Below are positions 1 through 13,754 of a stretch of 64,000 bases of DNA, piece by piece; position 1 is the first letter of the stretch; each line of letters starts with the position of its first letter. The stretch is from contig NC_043004.1 of NCBI RefSeq assembly GCF_006345805.1, forward strand, positions 62,930,001 through 62,994,000, written 5' to 3'. Source of the stretch: Octopus sinensis (taxonomy: Eukaryota). The notes under the pieces are model-generated. The model saw only the letters and a list, made by a program, of their open reading frames with translations. It was not told the origin of the DNA and searched no databases. A program made the translations under genes and the position numbers.

Positions 1-900
1 TCCAGTTTACCTTATGGAAGTTAAAACTGGAAGTATTTTGAGAGTTTCTTCTAGGTTGCATATCTTTGGTTTCTTTTGGCCGGTACATGGTCATGTCTAC
101 CAGATTGTGCATCCGAGTGTAGCGTCGGTGTCACATTCACATTATGGATAAGATCCATATTATTTGTGAAGCATAAATCCAGTATATTACATGCCCTGTT
201 TGGTTAGAGTACTATTTTCCCATGTATAAAGTGTTGATGAGGTTCAGGAGGGACTTCAACTGTCCTTGTTCCCAGTGCGACATGGGAGAGAAAGGTGCAC
301 ACGCCGTCCGACGTTGGGCACATTAAAATCTCCTGCAAGAAATACATAATATAACTAGAACTTCTATTTTTGTAAGGTAGTCTTCAAACTTGTCCTCGTG
401 ATACGGAGCATCTGGAGGACGATATGTAGAACATATGACTACATCGAGTACAATTAGTGTGCCACATACTGAATTTGAGTGTGACAAAAGTATCTGGGGT
501 GTACGTTCTTCGTGGATATATATAGCAACTGTACCATGACTCCTTTCTTTTCTCTCGGTCCATAATAACACATACTCTCGTATGTGTATTTCTGCATTTG
601 CTATATCTGGTTTTTGGTGCCTTTCGGTAAGTGCTATGCATAAGGCTTGATTGCATGCAACAAGATCTCTCAGGAAATGAATTTTACGCTTGTTACTAAG
701 TGCTGTCTATTCTTTATGCAGAATATGGACCCCTCCAGTACCTACACCTCAGATCCAACATGGCTATTTAAAGCAGATAATGTATTGAACTGACAACCAC
801 AGAGATTGCATATCCGATTTGAACCACCAACAGCTGCAGTTAAGTTCCGATGATTGTGAATCTTAAACTATCTTTGTCTTTTAAGGGCTCCGTTAGATTT
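1..900 (-). mobile_element. Degenerate LINE (CR1/Jockey-group) ORF2 endonuclease region
   Basis: Minus-strand frames give VAIYIHEE...ICSTYRPPDAP...(LA)GDFN, i.e. the APE-endonuclease motifs YRPP and GDFN, broken by stops and frameshifts. Similar to the copy at 16.7-18.5 kb. Confidence 0.75.
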
Positions 901-920
901 GAAGAGCTTATGGCATATAT

Positions 921-969
<49 letters not shown>

Positions 970-1367
970 ATATCAATTCTGATATATATTATATTAATTC
1001 TTAACTTTTTATCTCTATTCATTCATCAATTAGAGATATTTATTTTATTTAACACAGTTTGGATCAGCTATATAACTTTCATAAATGCTGGCATATAGAA
1101 ATTACCGTCGGTAATGTATGTTGATATGTTTTAATTAAAGATGTGATTTTTCTTCATTCTTGTTTTTGTTATTAAATACATATACGTGTGTGGGTGTATG
1201 AATGTATGTGTGTCTGTGTGTGTGTGTATGAATGTATAATACTTCATTGTGATGCAGTAATTTGTTTCGTGGTGACGTATTCTGTTGCATATCATACATC
1301 TTAACATAATAAAAAAATTGTTGCTGATCAAAAAATCAGAAAGTGTATTCAGAATGAAATGTCTTAC

Positions 1368-1553
1368 GTTCAACATTACTTGCTGTTTCTTCATTCTCCA
1401 CAATATATGTCAAATTAAATCCTCGATATCCTCGTTCACCAGATATATGATCCGACGTAAAGTGAAGCCACATCGATGTCGCATTCATAGATAATTTTAC
1501 TAATCCTCCTTTGCCAGTGAATTTGTGAAAATTTTCGACAAATGCATTTCTAC
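1368..1553 (-). CDS. CUB-domain gene exon: C-terminal half of CUB3
   Basis: Acceptor ttttgtataccatag|GT at 1553. Encodes GRNAFVENFHKFTG...MWLHFTSDHISGERGYRGFNLTY. Phase 1-1; donor GTAAGA after 1368 (alternative GTAATG after 1380). Joins in frame to the 5209-5021 exon. Confidence 0.85.
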
Positions 1554-1670
1554 CTATGGTATACAAAAAATATATAACTTACTTGATTACAAATGTTTAT
1601 GCATATTTCTACTCATACATACAAGCATGCAAAATATATAATATATATGTGTATGTCTATAAATACATGC

Positions 1671-1759
<89 letters not shown>

Positions 1760-1799
1760 CACACAAATACATATATATGTATAATTATATATATATAAA

Positions 1800-2280
1800 A
1801 GAAAATGGAGAATATAGTGGATATTTGGTTAATCATATTTGTGGCACGATGAAAAATAGTAATACGTCTAAGATTCAGATATAAAGGAACCGAATCAACA
1901 AAAGAAATAAGCACACAAGAATCTTAGATATGTTTCAATCCGGCAATTAGGTTTCGATCATCATCATTCAAGCGATGTTAGATGTAAAATCAACCCACAT
2001 GATGTCCGGATCTCACCAGGGAGTTATTTTGTTTTATTTCGTTGTTCACCGTTGTTCACCGCCAGACATATGTGGAGTTATTTTACATCTAACATCGCTT
2101 GAATGATGATGATCGAAACGTAGTGGCCCGATTGAAACATATGTAGGATATTTTTAAGTTTGTTTCTTTTGTTGATACGGTTTCTCTATATCCTGAATCT
2201 TATATGTATTACTTCTTTTCGTCGTGGTACAAATAAGACTAACCAAGTATGCACTATATTTCTTCTCCATTTTCCTTTGT
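1800..2280. repeat. Diverged foldback (inverted repeat, arms ~220 bp), Penelope-like terminus
   Basis: ~1800-2015 is an imperfect reverse complement of ~2062-2280 (e.g. ttcgatcatcatcattcaagcgatgttagatgtaaaat vs ttttacatctaacatcgcttgaatgatgatgatcgaa). Confidence 0.8.
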
Positions 2281-2523
2281 CAACTTTACACATTATTGGA
2301 GATTTTATCCATATGTATTGCTAAACTGTCTTTCAATATATTTGATAACGCCAGTTGATATAGGGATTTTTATTTAAATATCCCCTACGAGGAAATTCCA
2401 TCCTCGATCTTTGAATTATATATATATGTATGTGTGTGTGTATGTGTGTGTGTGCGTGTGTGTGTGTGTGTATCTATATATGCATATATATACACACACA
2501 CGCACACAAACATACACACACAC

Positions 2524-2567
<44 letters not shown>

Positions 2568-2576
2568 GTGTGTGGA

Positions 2577-2630
<54 letters not shown>

Positions 2631-5020
2631 TAAGGTATTTGAGGACATAACATTTCTGGATCATTGTTGCATTGTGTCCGCTCTAAGTATTGATATTCAC
2701 GCAAAAAGTTTTTGTGGAACGAATTAAGTACCTGCGCAAGGAGATGATGTAACAGGTCGATGCCGTAAAGATTTACTATGTTTGTACATATGTATATATA
2801 AAATGATGCACACTTACATATCTGTATTTATGTATATTTGTATATCCCTTTAACTTCAAAATTCTCAAAACCCAACGTTTTGATGGAGATAGTGGTAGTA
2901 ACAATAATGTTGATCATAATTATAACCCTAGCATTGACAGAGTTGGCACTAGTAGTAGCTAGTTATATGCCATGTTGACTATGGTAGTCTAACATACAAA
3001 ATTAGCAGTATGTTACTATCTGTCAGCCGACTACTCCAACCAACTATGTATATAATGCTTGTGATAGTACGAAGCCGCCCAAGGGCCAACAATAGAGTCT
3101 GTGGTGTCTTCGAAAACGTAAACTTTAACCCTGATAATGACGAAAGCATGCCCGACAAAGTGCGCATCGATTCTAATATCAATAACTGCTATGTACCTAT
3201 TAATCAAGATAACACTCCGCCATTGCAATCGTAGTCTTATTACTAATGATAACAACCCTACTGTCTGTTACGTAACGCAGGATATTACGAGTTATTCTAT
3301 CAGATCTAACAATAATTATCCCTTTGGTGATCCTTCAATATCACTGGAAGTAATTATCCCAATAAATCTCCTAAACTATGTAATTGTTATACCCTATAGA
3401 TAACCTATGTTTCACTAAAAATATTAGCCATAGATGCGATATAATAACTGATATAATGATATTTACCTATATAGTTTTCAATTCCTGCAAATTTAAGCAG
3501 ATATTATATAATCCTGCATGAATTTTTAATAAACATATTAGGGCTAACATTGCATCCATCACTCAAAAAATCTGTGAATTAAAAATTAGATTTCAAATAC
3601 CTGTAGCATAATAAAATATGTATTGCTCTATTCAAATGATAGGTATAGCTGCAGAATTTACAGCATTAAATAATGAGACCTTAAATATTCAAGTCATTTC
3701 TTCAACAAATCTCATGAACTTGGAGAGAAATGCTTGCATTACATTACAAATGCATTCTCGTAGTTTATACCAGTTATCTAATATATTCCGAATACTACTA
3801 CTTGTCTTCAACTTGGTATCTTCTATTTAACCCCACATAGAAACGTAGTTAAATATACATGGTCAATTTAAATATTGTTTAAATATATTTCAAGCGATAC
3901 GGCACGTTATGACTATGGCTTTGTAGTTAAGTATTCTCGTTGTATTTATTTGCAAACTTGATATTCAGTCACGAGTTATGTAGTGGATAATCTAGTGTAA
4001 GACCCCCTAATTCAATGTCATTTTCTACACCTTATTAATACATCTTCATATATTCTATGAATGTATATATCTGTGTGTATGTATACGTGTGAATGTGTAT
4101 ACACAAACGGAAACACACGCATAGATGAATACACCTCTACACGTATGTGTGCATGTGTGATATGTGCGTGTGTGTATGTGAGTGTGATATATGTGTGTGC
4201 GATATATGTGTATGTGATATATATGTGTGTGCATGCGTGTGTGTGTGTTTGTGCTTGTGGAAACATTTTTCTTGCATAATTATCCATATTATCTGTGCAA
4301 TATACATATTGGCATTGGATATGGCGGAAATATGAACTACGCGACCTGTATCATCTCTACGTTTTCAAGTAAATTAAATTTCTTCTATGCACAAAGTAAA
4401 GTAACCGAAGAAAACATCTGACGATGAAAATGGATTTTTAAGATACATGGAACTTGTTTTATAACTCCTGTATTCATGCTCACAACACCATATTTTATAA
4501 GTATGTTCTAAACTTCTTCATGGCATTTCAGAGAATTTATTGTTTGTGAGCAAATTTCTGTTAAATGAATGTTTTGTTTTGTTATGCAACTACTAATAAT
4601 TATAGTTGTATGCATCTTACATAAATTTTCGCGATTGTTCCAAAATCTCATTATAAATCATTGATCTCTTAAAGATTCCACACATGATGTTGGAATAATA
4701 TTGTGTCCTTTCATTATTGAGAACAATATATGGATACTTCACCAATTTGTAACTGAAGAAACAATTACTTTACTTGATTAAGATATTCGAAAATTTGTCA
4801 AATCAAATCTGACGGCAGACAACAGGGAGCATACAAAATTAAATTTGGGCCTAAAAATATCTTTTTACTACGAATTACAGTATCTGGGATACGCTTTCTC
4901 TGAGATGATGATTCTCTTGTATTAAGGAACAAATGTATCTCCGATAAATAGTTTAAAGTATCAAATCAACTGGGAAGTATTTCTCCTCAGAATTTATGTT
5001 ATTAGAAGTAACACTCTCAC

Positions 5021-5209
5021 CTGGGCCTATTAATAAGAAGTCATGACCATCCTGTAAATCAAAATCATGGAGATCTAACACTAGATTGGATCCATTTGGA
5101 GTATAAATAATCCATTGACATTCGCTATTCAATGGATAAGGTTGCGGATAATTTTCAGATTGAATAAAACCGACAGAAGTCCCAGCTTCTATCTCGAACG
5201 TACATATTT
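5021..5209 (-). CDS. CUB-domain gene exon: N-terminal half of CUB3
   Basis: Acceptor ctcttttccag|AA. Encodes ICTFEIEAGTSVGFIQSENYPQPYPLNSECQWIIYTPNGSNLVLDLHDFDLQDGHDFLLIGP. 189 nt, phase 1-1, donor GTGAGA. Not in the ORF track because it lacks a Met. Confidence 0.85.
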
Positions 5210-5649
5210 CTGGAAAAGAGAAAGAAAAGCAAGTTTAAGAGTCAATGCATAAGAAAGCAGCATTACTTTTTAGGTTTCTTTTAACATGTGTCATAAATAT
5301 ATGGTTGAGTTCTTTTAAATATTTGTTTAAAGTGCAACTAGTAAATCTCCATTTAAATGTGTTTAAATTTACTTCTATCCGGAATCAACAACACCAAGCT
5401 AAATTCTTGCGTAAATCATCTAAACAAATGTTTTGCATGTTCTCGTGGAGTAGTTACAGTAGCGAACATAATAACGTGAAATATTTAGTCATAAATATTC
5501 ACGTTCTGATTTTGTTTCCTTCTGTGTCAACAAAAATCAGTACTCATCGAATACTAGCGTTGGCTTCATTCCCGATATAGAACAAATGGAACAAATGTCT
5601 ACTCATACTCCTAAGTTAGAAATGAATAAATTTTGCACTCACACACACA

Positions 5650-5708
<59 letters not shown>

Positions 5709-6199
5709 ATATATATATATATATTATATATATATATATATATATATTTACATACATATGTATGTTTTTGTGTGTGAGTGTAAGGAGAAATAATTATAAG
5801 CGTTAATGAATAATATGAAAGCATTATTTATTCTCCGCCGTCTACAATAAAGCTAACTAAAATACTGATATGTAAATGTTGAACAACTTTTTACGAGATA
5901 AATTTAACATAATTTCCTCTACAATTATACACACATTCTGGTTGTCCATAACTATAAATATTCAAGAGTGTTGTGAAGGAGTGTAAAGTCTGGGAACACG
6001 TGTTCCTACGTCAAAACACAGCAATTGAACTACACAATTTTCACATTTTGAAACCATCTTTTGACAATAATATATTAATATATTAGTAATATATGAAATA
6101 AATTATTATATAGGTGGCTGTAGGAATTAAAATCGGAAAGGTAAATTTCATAAAAGCGGGTGCAAACTAACATATGCCAATACTAGAAACGCAAGCCAC

Positions 6200-6288
<89 letters not shown>

Positions 6289-6317
6289 GTGTGTGTGTGT
6301 GTATATATATACACATA

Positions 6318-6422
<105 letters not shown>

Positions 6423-6427
6423 ATATA

Positions 6428-7031
6428 TATCTCTTATGATAAAAGGCAGATTTTATCTGCCTCCCAAACCGTTTTTTTTTTATACAAATCTACAATATAG
6501 GATTTCTTCAATTAGAATTTACCTATCATTTTTACGAGTAGAATCCATCGGGTCGTGGCAGGTACAGTATTTCCAATTTCACCCCCAATTAAGCAAAAAT
6601 TCGAGAAAACTCAATATTTTCAGATTTCCCTCTTTCATTTAAACTGCTTCACTCCTACCATTACCACCACACTTTCTGCTACTTTCTCTTTGCAAGTCTG
6701 CAATCATGCTATCACCCTAATTTCTCCTACTTTCTCTTTGCAAGTGTACCTTAAACCACTACTCAAAAAAAAAATACACAGCAAACAGAAACAAATAAAT
6801 ACATAACGATTTACTCCTCACACAATTTCTTCAATTAGAGTTTACCTATGATTTTTCTAAGTACCTCCATTCGGTCATGGCATACAAAATTTCTTCCAAT
6901 TTTACCCTCAATTAAGAAAAAATTCGAGGAAACTCAATATTTTACCATTTCACTCTTTCACTTCAAAGCCTTTACTCTGCCTATTACTCCCACTTCCTCT
7001 TTACACACATAGACACGCATTGTAAGTTTAC

Positions 7032-7063
<32 letters not shown>

Positions 7064-7138
7064 GTGTGTGTGTGAGTGTGTGTGGGTGTGTGTGTGAGAC
7101 AGGGATGAGCCATTCAGACTGGTCATCCTTTTTGCTAG
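6428..7138 (+). mobile_element. Possible non-autonomous Helitron-like element with internal duplication
   Basis: Start a|TCTCTTATGATAAAAGGCAG resembles the 5' end of the 49445 element. ~120-bp direct duplication (6505-6620 / 6827-6950). Hairpin GGATGA...TCATCC then CTAG at 7135-7138, but the 3' flank is A, not T. Confidence 0.4.
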
Positions 7139-7697
7139 AAGATCCCCTATGGTCTTATATGCTACACCACTGGTTTTTAATTCATATTAATCAAATTAAT
7201 ATTCAATTATGTGTGTGTGTGTATTAGCAATTCGTATACAATTGCATCAATGACTTGAACTTGAATAAGTGGTTTCACATAAATGGGGATAAATTAAACA
7301 GGCTTGTTGTTATTATTATTACTGTTTGACAATTGTAATCACGTTTCTTGGTTCCTCGCCAAGGAATCGTTGTTGTGTTGCATTTGTTAAATAATTGTAA
7401 ACCGTAACCCTCCCCCTTTCGAGACGAGGCTTTGGTTATTGTTTCAAAATTGAATTGTGTCCCTGTTTGGGAAAATTGACAATATTTTCACCGTCTTTAC
7501 GGAAGCATATTTGTTAAAATGCCTTCGATAAAAGAAAGTCCAAAAATGAATTTCGCTGCAGCCGTACACTTCTATACAAGATCCAATTGATCGAAATTGC
7601 AAGAGACGGGCCTACAATTCCAGTCTGTTATATATTTTGAGTATTGTTATCACTAGCGATATCAAGATATAACTTTGTATTTTGTATTTTATGTGTA

Positions 7698-7751
<54 letters not shown>

Positions 7752-7879
7752 TGTACATGTTATATGTACACATATATATATAGACATATATACATGCATA
7801 ATATATCTACCCATACACACACACGCCCCCACACACACACACATACATAGGGGCATGTGTGTCTGTGTGGTAACAAACT

Positions 7880-9198
7880 ACGTTCGAAGATACTGTACTT
7901 GATATGGGCGGTAGTTCCTTGCCGGTCTATGGCCTACCTTTAACAAACCGGGAAGGCACAAATACTCTGTCTTCACATTTGCTGCGTGAGACATGTTTTA
8001 ATGTTGATGAGCTTGCCGAGTACATAGCCGACAATGAGCCAAAGCTCCTTCCAGAACACAAGTTCGCTTACAACTCCGTTGTTAATTCAGTCCGGGCCAA
8101 AACTGGGAGGATTTTTTTCCTGGACCCTCCTGGGGGCACTGGGAAAACTTTTGCCAACAAATTAATATTGGCTGAGATTAGGCGAACACAAGGCATTGCT
8201 CTAGCTGTGGAATCATCTAGAATTGCGGCTACTTTGTTGCCAGGCGGCAGGACAGTTCACTCCACTTTCAAGCTTCCGCTTGACTTAGCGAAGACTGAGA
8301 CACCAACTTGCAACATCAGTAACAGCTCCGATCAGGCAGAAGTCTTCAGACGATGCAAGCTTATCGTTTGGGATGAATGCACGATGGCCCACAGACATGC
8401 TCTTGAGGCACTAGATAGATCTCTCACAGACATCAAACACTCTTCAGCTCCCATGGGAGGCATAACACTTCTTCTTTCAGGGGACTTCCAACAAACACTT
8501 CCCGTTATTCCCAAAGGGACTACAGCTGATGCAGTAAGTGCCTGTCTTAAGTCATCCACATTGTGGCCACTGGTGAAGACTCTCAACTTAACACCAATAT
8601 GCGTGCTCATATGCGACTTAATATCATATCAGCAGCATTTCCTCACACCCTCCTTGCACTTCGCGAAGGCAAAATACCAGGGGATGAAAATGGTAATATT
8701 GCCATCGATTCCATTTGTACCATTGTTAAAACGCATTCTGATCTCAGAGATGCAGTGTTCCCAGATCTACAAGCCTACAAGCTAATTATCAGAATATGGA
8801 TTGGCCAAAGGGCTATTCTGGCCCCGAGGAATAAAACTGTTCACCATATTAATGATGAAATGCTAAAACTCATTCCTGGGAAGTCTATGTATATAAGTCT
8901 ATCGATACAACTCCTGACCCAGAGGACGTCATCAACTATCCAATAGAGGTACTCAATTCCTTTGAGCACCCCGGACTACCACCACACATTCTCAAACTTA
9001 AAGTTGGTGCCCCTATAATGCTCATCAGAAATTTGGTTCCCCTAAAACAATGCAATAGTACACGTTTGATCGTTATGTCCTTATCTCCCACCGTAAACTT
9101 ATATCAGTATTTGCCTGAATAATCATCATAATTCAGTGCAATCATTAACAGTACTTTCAAGCAATTCAGCCCCGAGCATCGCCGGGCAATTCTGCTAG
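7880..9198 (+). mobile_element. Helitron 3' fragment: PIF1-family helicase pseudogene plus canonical 3' end
   Basis: ORF 7904-8785 has GGTGKTF, IAATLLPGGRTVHSTFKLP, LIVWDECTM and LLLSGDFQQTLPV. Frameshifted continuation includes QRAILAPRN and [22 protein letters not shown] hairpin cccgagcatcgccggg then CTAG (9195-9198) followed by T. Confidence 0.9.
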
Positions 9199-9399
9199 TA
9201 CATATATATATATGTGTGTGTGTGTGATTGTGTGTGTGTGTGTGTGTGTGCATTAGAATTCATTTCAAAATTTCACGTCAATAGAGTAAGAGCCAGTAGG
9301 TAAAAAGCCGGCTTCTTCATTGGAATTTCGACAACATCAACCGGGTGTATTTCTATGTATGTATGTATGTATGTGTTTAAAATTGTATGTTTTGATCTG

Positions 9400-12300
9400 T
9401 TATGATTTATGTTTGATTTACGGATGTTTTGATTTATTCATGTACCTGCATATCTAGACCTGATCGTATATACTTAAATGATAATCTAGAAAATTTTACA
9501 GATTTCTATATTTCCAGTCATCTTCGATCTGTAGTCTTCTCCTTTCTGGTTGTAAGAAGCCTAATTTCTTGAGGTTGGTACTTACGCTGTGTCTTACAGA
9601 TCCCAGTGCCCAAATGATTACAGATATGAACTTCTAGTTTGGGAAATGTAACGGTAGATTTCTCAATAGGCCGGCGTAGGGGTTTTCTTTTTCGCTGATC
9701 GTTATCTTTATGTTAACATCCGTTGGGAAGCTGATTTCCAAAACTGTACAAAGTTTCTCTTCTCTATCCTAAATTATAATGTCAAGTCTATTATGCTTAC
9801 ATTTTATTGAGGTTTTAACTGGGACATTCCAACATCAGAATCCTCATTTTCAGTGGCTATGTCTTCCACCATACTGAGGAGTTTAAGTTTTTGGGTTTCA
9901 AGTTTAACCTCCCGACAGATCTCATTATACCATGTCTTACGCATAATATCCTGTCTAATCGGTAGATAGTACCGTGATGACAATTTTTGAACAACTGCTT
10001 ATGCTGTGGGTGATATCTTTGGTATTCAATCCATAAAGTCTGCACTGTTGTCATATTTTTCTGCTTTGCCTGCATCCCTGTCCATTTTAGTAGATATGTC
10101 CTGTTCCTGAAGTGGAAGCGCATACCTTTCAAGGTTAGAAGTAATAATCCGTTGTTGGTCCATGATAGGCTGCTTTGATGTTGAATGTTACTTTCTTCTC
10201 CGAGGTTTCTACTAACATATCCATCCTTTCAAAGGACATGTTGCGGTAGAATCGTATGCATCATTCAGGCATTTATTTAAAATTATCAGACAAGGGATTC
10301 TGCTCAATGAGGTACATTCCATGTCATATGATGTTATCGGCCTCATGTATACAAACATGGTCAAAGGATGCACTTCGACACTTGCTGGTTAAAAGATGTT
10401 GCCGAAATATTGAACTTCAGCCTTTTCTGTCTTGTTTTCGTTTTAGGTAGAGGCGGTCTACTTACTGTTGATGCGGAAAATTATGTGCGCTGGTTAGAAT
10501 CTTACTGGTTATAACTTCAATGGATTGGATCTCATCAAACCTCCAATCAAGTAGCTCAAATGTTGATATGAGAAGTGGCACTGTAAATACATTGTGGGCC
10601 ATTTATTGCCATTTATTGTATTGAATGCAGAGAGCTCCAAGGTCCATTTTTTCTTTATTTGGCTGTAATATTATTTAGTAACACACGTCTTGTGTGGTAG
10701 TTGATGCCATAGGGTACGTCCCCATCCACCCCAAGATACTTGTAACGTTCCACGTCAGATACAAGGTAAACAGTTAAGTTAATGATGGAGATGTTAGTCT
10801 GTTTTACAGTTTTTCTCTCTTTTCTCAACCATATAGCAAAATTTATCCTGACCAAACTCAACCCTATATTCTAATAGAATGATGTAACCATGTCAAAGCA
10901 CCTTTTCATCTCATGCATATTCTTTGCATGTAGTTTCGAGTCATCCACAAAGAAACTGTATTTACTTTTAGTATTTTTGTTTCCATGTGAAGTGGTAAGA
11001 TTTTCTTCAAACTTCTTTAACGTGAATGACAAGGGTCTTACAGAAAGTATGAACGACATAACAGACTGTTTCTTTCGAAAATACCTCTGTGATACAGAAT
11101 TTTATCGGTAATAATACAATCAGTCCTTGTATTTAACTTCAAGATGGTGAGGCACGATAAAGTTATGTTAGCTTTCACTATGCTCACTGGGATGTTAGCA
11201 AGCGGTAGGGCTTCTAGCATCTGTGAATCGAGTACAGAGTCAAAAGCTTTCTTGTAGTCCGGCCACATTGAAATAAGGTTCCTCCTATGCTCCCGCACCT
11301 CTGGCATTACAATTTTGCTTATGAACAGTTGCTCAGGACATACGCTGGCTTCTTTCCTCCCAGAGGCTTGTTCTGATGTGATGATATTACTTTCATAATG
11401 GTCTTGGAGGAAGAGGTTTAAACATCCTGTGTATATCTTCTACGTTAGGTTCTAGCACGCAATTGTTCGGCGATGTTTAGCTATGTGGGTGGCTCTACTT
11501 TTGTGGATCATTTTTCTCTGCTAGAGTTAGACAGAGTGGTATACTACTGTTCTCATTAAGAGCTTACTGGTACAGGTTAATAGGATATGGTCGGTAGAAG
11601 TTTAGCTTCTATTACCAGTATCCAACAATCAAGTCTGTTCCAGGTGCTTTTTCATCCTTAAGTTTCTGTATCACTGTTTATAAGGATGCTACCATCAATG
11701 TTGTATGTCTTAGGTGTAATGCAGGGGCTATAACGTCTTAGAAATTGTTCCAGCCACAGAGCATATCCTTTAAACTCCTCTTCGCATGAAGGGGCTTCAA
11801 TAATGTTCACTGCTTCTCCTCTCATCTCTGTAAAGTACTACTTGCTTTATTGCTTTTCTCTGTCATTCTCTTGATATCGGAATTTCTTACTGACAGCTTT
11901 TAGCTCCTGCTTGAGGGTGGTCAGCTTGTAAGTAAATGCCTTCTTCTTAGTTATCGCCACCATCACATTTTGTTGGTGAGACATGTAGTGATTTGCTTGC
12001 CCATAATAAGAACAATCACATGGACGATGGTCTTCTAAACCTAGGATTCATTACACTGCTGTAAATAGTTCTCTTCCCGAAGGAGTGCTTCAAAGCCAAA
12101 GTTATTTTTCCACGAAAAGTTCCAATGATATATAATCTTGACTACTAATATGACAACAGTGATCGTTGCGGCTGTGCCTGGTATTCACCATAGTTGTAGT
12201 TGGGGAACAGTGGTCAGTAACTTTAGCCAGTAAAGTAGTTTGGCAGGCAGCCAGTATAGAATCTTTTGAAATATCGTTAACTGAGAAAACTCGGTGTGTT

Positions 12301-12860
12301 CTCACATCTGTCACGTTTTCGTTGGCATTCATCATGTTGGGGAGAAGGTTAATTTCAGATCTTTTGTTAATAAAGTTACATTCATGAACTTAGCCCCTAC
12401 GTTGCTTCTTTGTGTTATTGTTTCGCAGTAGAACTATTTAATTCTGGACGTAGGTCATCCCAATATGATTTCAATTTAGTCATATAACCAACAGCGGGGT
12501 TTTGTTTTGCTCTTTTATAACAGTTAAATAAATCAGTATCCAATCCATAACTCCACAACGGTTTCTTCTACAACTACAGCTAGAACGAATCTGCTTTCCT
12601 GGTGAGTTGTTGTTTTCGTTCTTTGGTTGTTTTATTGGTGCTGTAGCAGCCATATTGTTTGTAGCGATTGTCTGCATGGTAAAGTCAAGTTCTGATCGTA
12701 AACACTACGATCTTCTATAAAAGACTCTTTTAGACAATTAATCTACAGATTAACCCGTTCTTTAAAAAGGCTGACAACTACGACTTCGAAGTTGGGGATA
12801 GTATTCATCGTATTTTCAAAAAACAGTCTCCCACACATCGTACGCGACTTCTCGCTTTGA
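9400..12860 (-). mobile_element. Degraded non-LTR retrotransposon with restriction-like endonuclease (R4/Dong/NeSL-like)
   Basis: Minus frames give DYKKAFDSV, YHRGIF, YKYLGV and VNTWAVSLLRYS-like remnants plus a C-terminal GALG region. Many frameshifts. Confidence 0.7.
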
Positions 12861-12881
12861 GTGTCCGATATATGTATGTAT

Positions 12882-12949
<68 letters not shown>

Positions 12950-13754
12950 ATATATATACATATATATTCAATGCGATGTATGGATTGTATAGATATTTAT
13001 TGTGCGTATTGTAACTATATTTTAGCTAACAGGAAGCATATTACAAAATCATGTATTAAATGGATTTTGTACAATGTAAAAAATAGTTGTTTTTTTTTAA
13101 TATTATCTTTGACTAAAAGCAACAGCAACTCAAATAATATAAAACCCTCAATAAGATATTAAATTACATTTAAATCAATATCGATCAATATCCAGAAAAG
13201 AATGATAGATTTCGAAGTGAAATAAATCCGTACAAAATGAACAATAATTTTTAATGGATATATCGAAGATGCAGCTGATATTACGATATGCTTACTTCAT
13301 TAAAAGGAAAGCAAAAATGTGTATTCTAATGTAATTATATTGGCGCTTCTTGCTGTCGTCTGTAATACATGTATTCATACAACAGAGTAAATTAATTAAT
13401 ACATAACTTATTTTGTACAAAATAATTTCTTCATTTATTTGTTCATATTGTTTAACTTGGCAGTATATCACGTTCGCCCTCACTTTCACTCTGTCACTTT
13501 CGAAATTTTCTCTTCAACGATTTACCTATCAACTCATCAGAATTTTTTTTTTGTTTTTCTGCACAGTGGATATATGTTCTGCTGCCTACATATTAATTCA
13601 ACATATAATATACTTGATACATTTATACGCTATAGATTCATCTATACACACCAGAATTATCTAAAGCATTGCCAATGAATCATTCTGTGTATTTTCTAAA
13701 GTAATAGGTAGTCTCTATAAACAATCGTAAAAGAACCTGATAATTTTTTCATAC

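Noticed and set aside
2940-3420. Mitochondrial insertion (NUMT) or GPCR pseudogene (NRYIAV)
   Set aside because: No frame matched a mitochondrial protein I recognise; the DRY-like match is six residues with no supporting helices.
4800-5020. Possible read-through of the CUB3 exon (SEIHLFLNTRESS..)
   Set aside because: In-frame stop follows, and the true second half of CUB3 is the 1553-1368 exon joined through the GTGAGA donor.
7904-8785. Host PIF1 helicase gene
   Set aside because: Intronless, frameshifted and ending in a Helitron hairpin-CTAG terminus.
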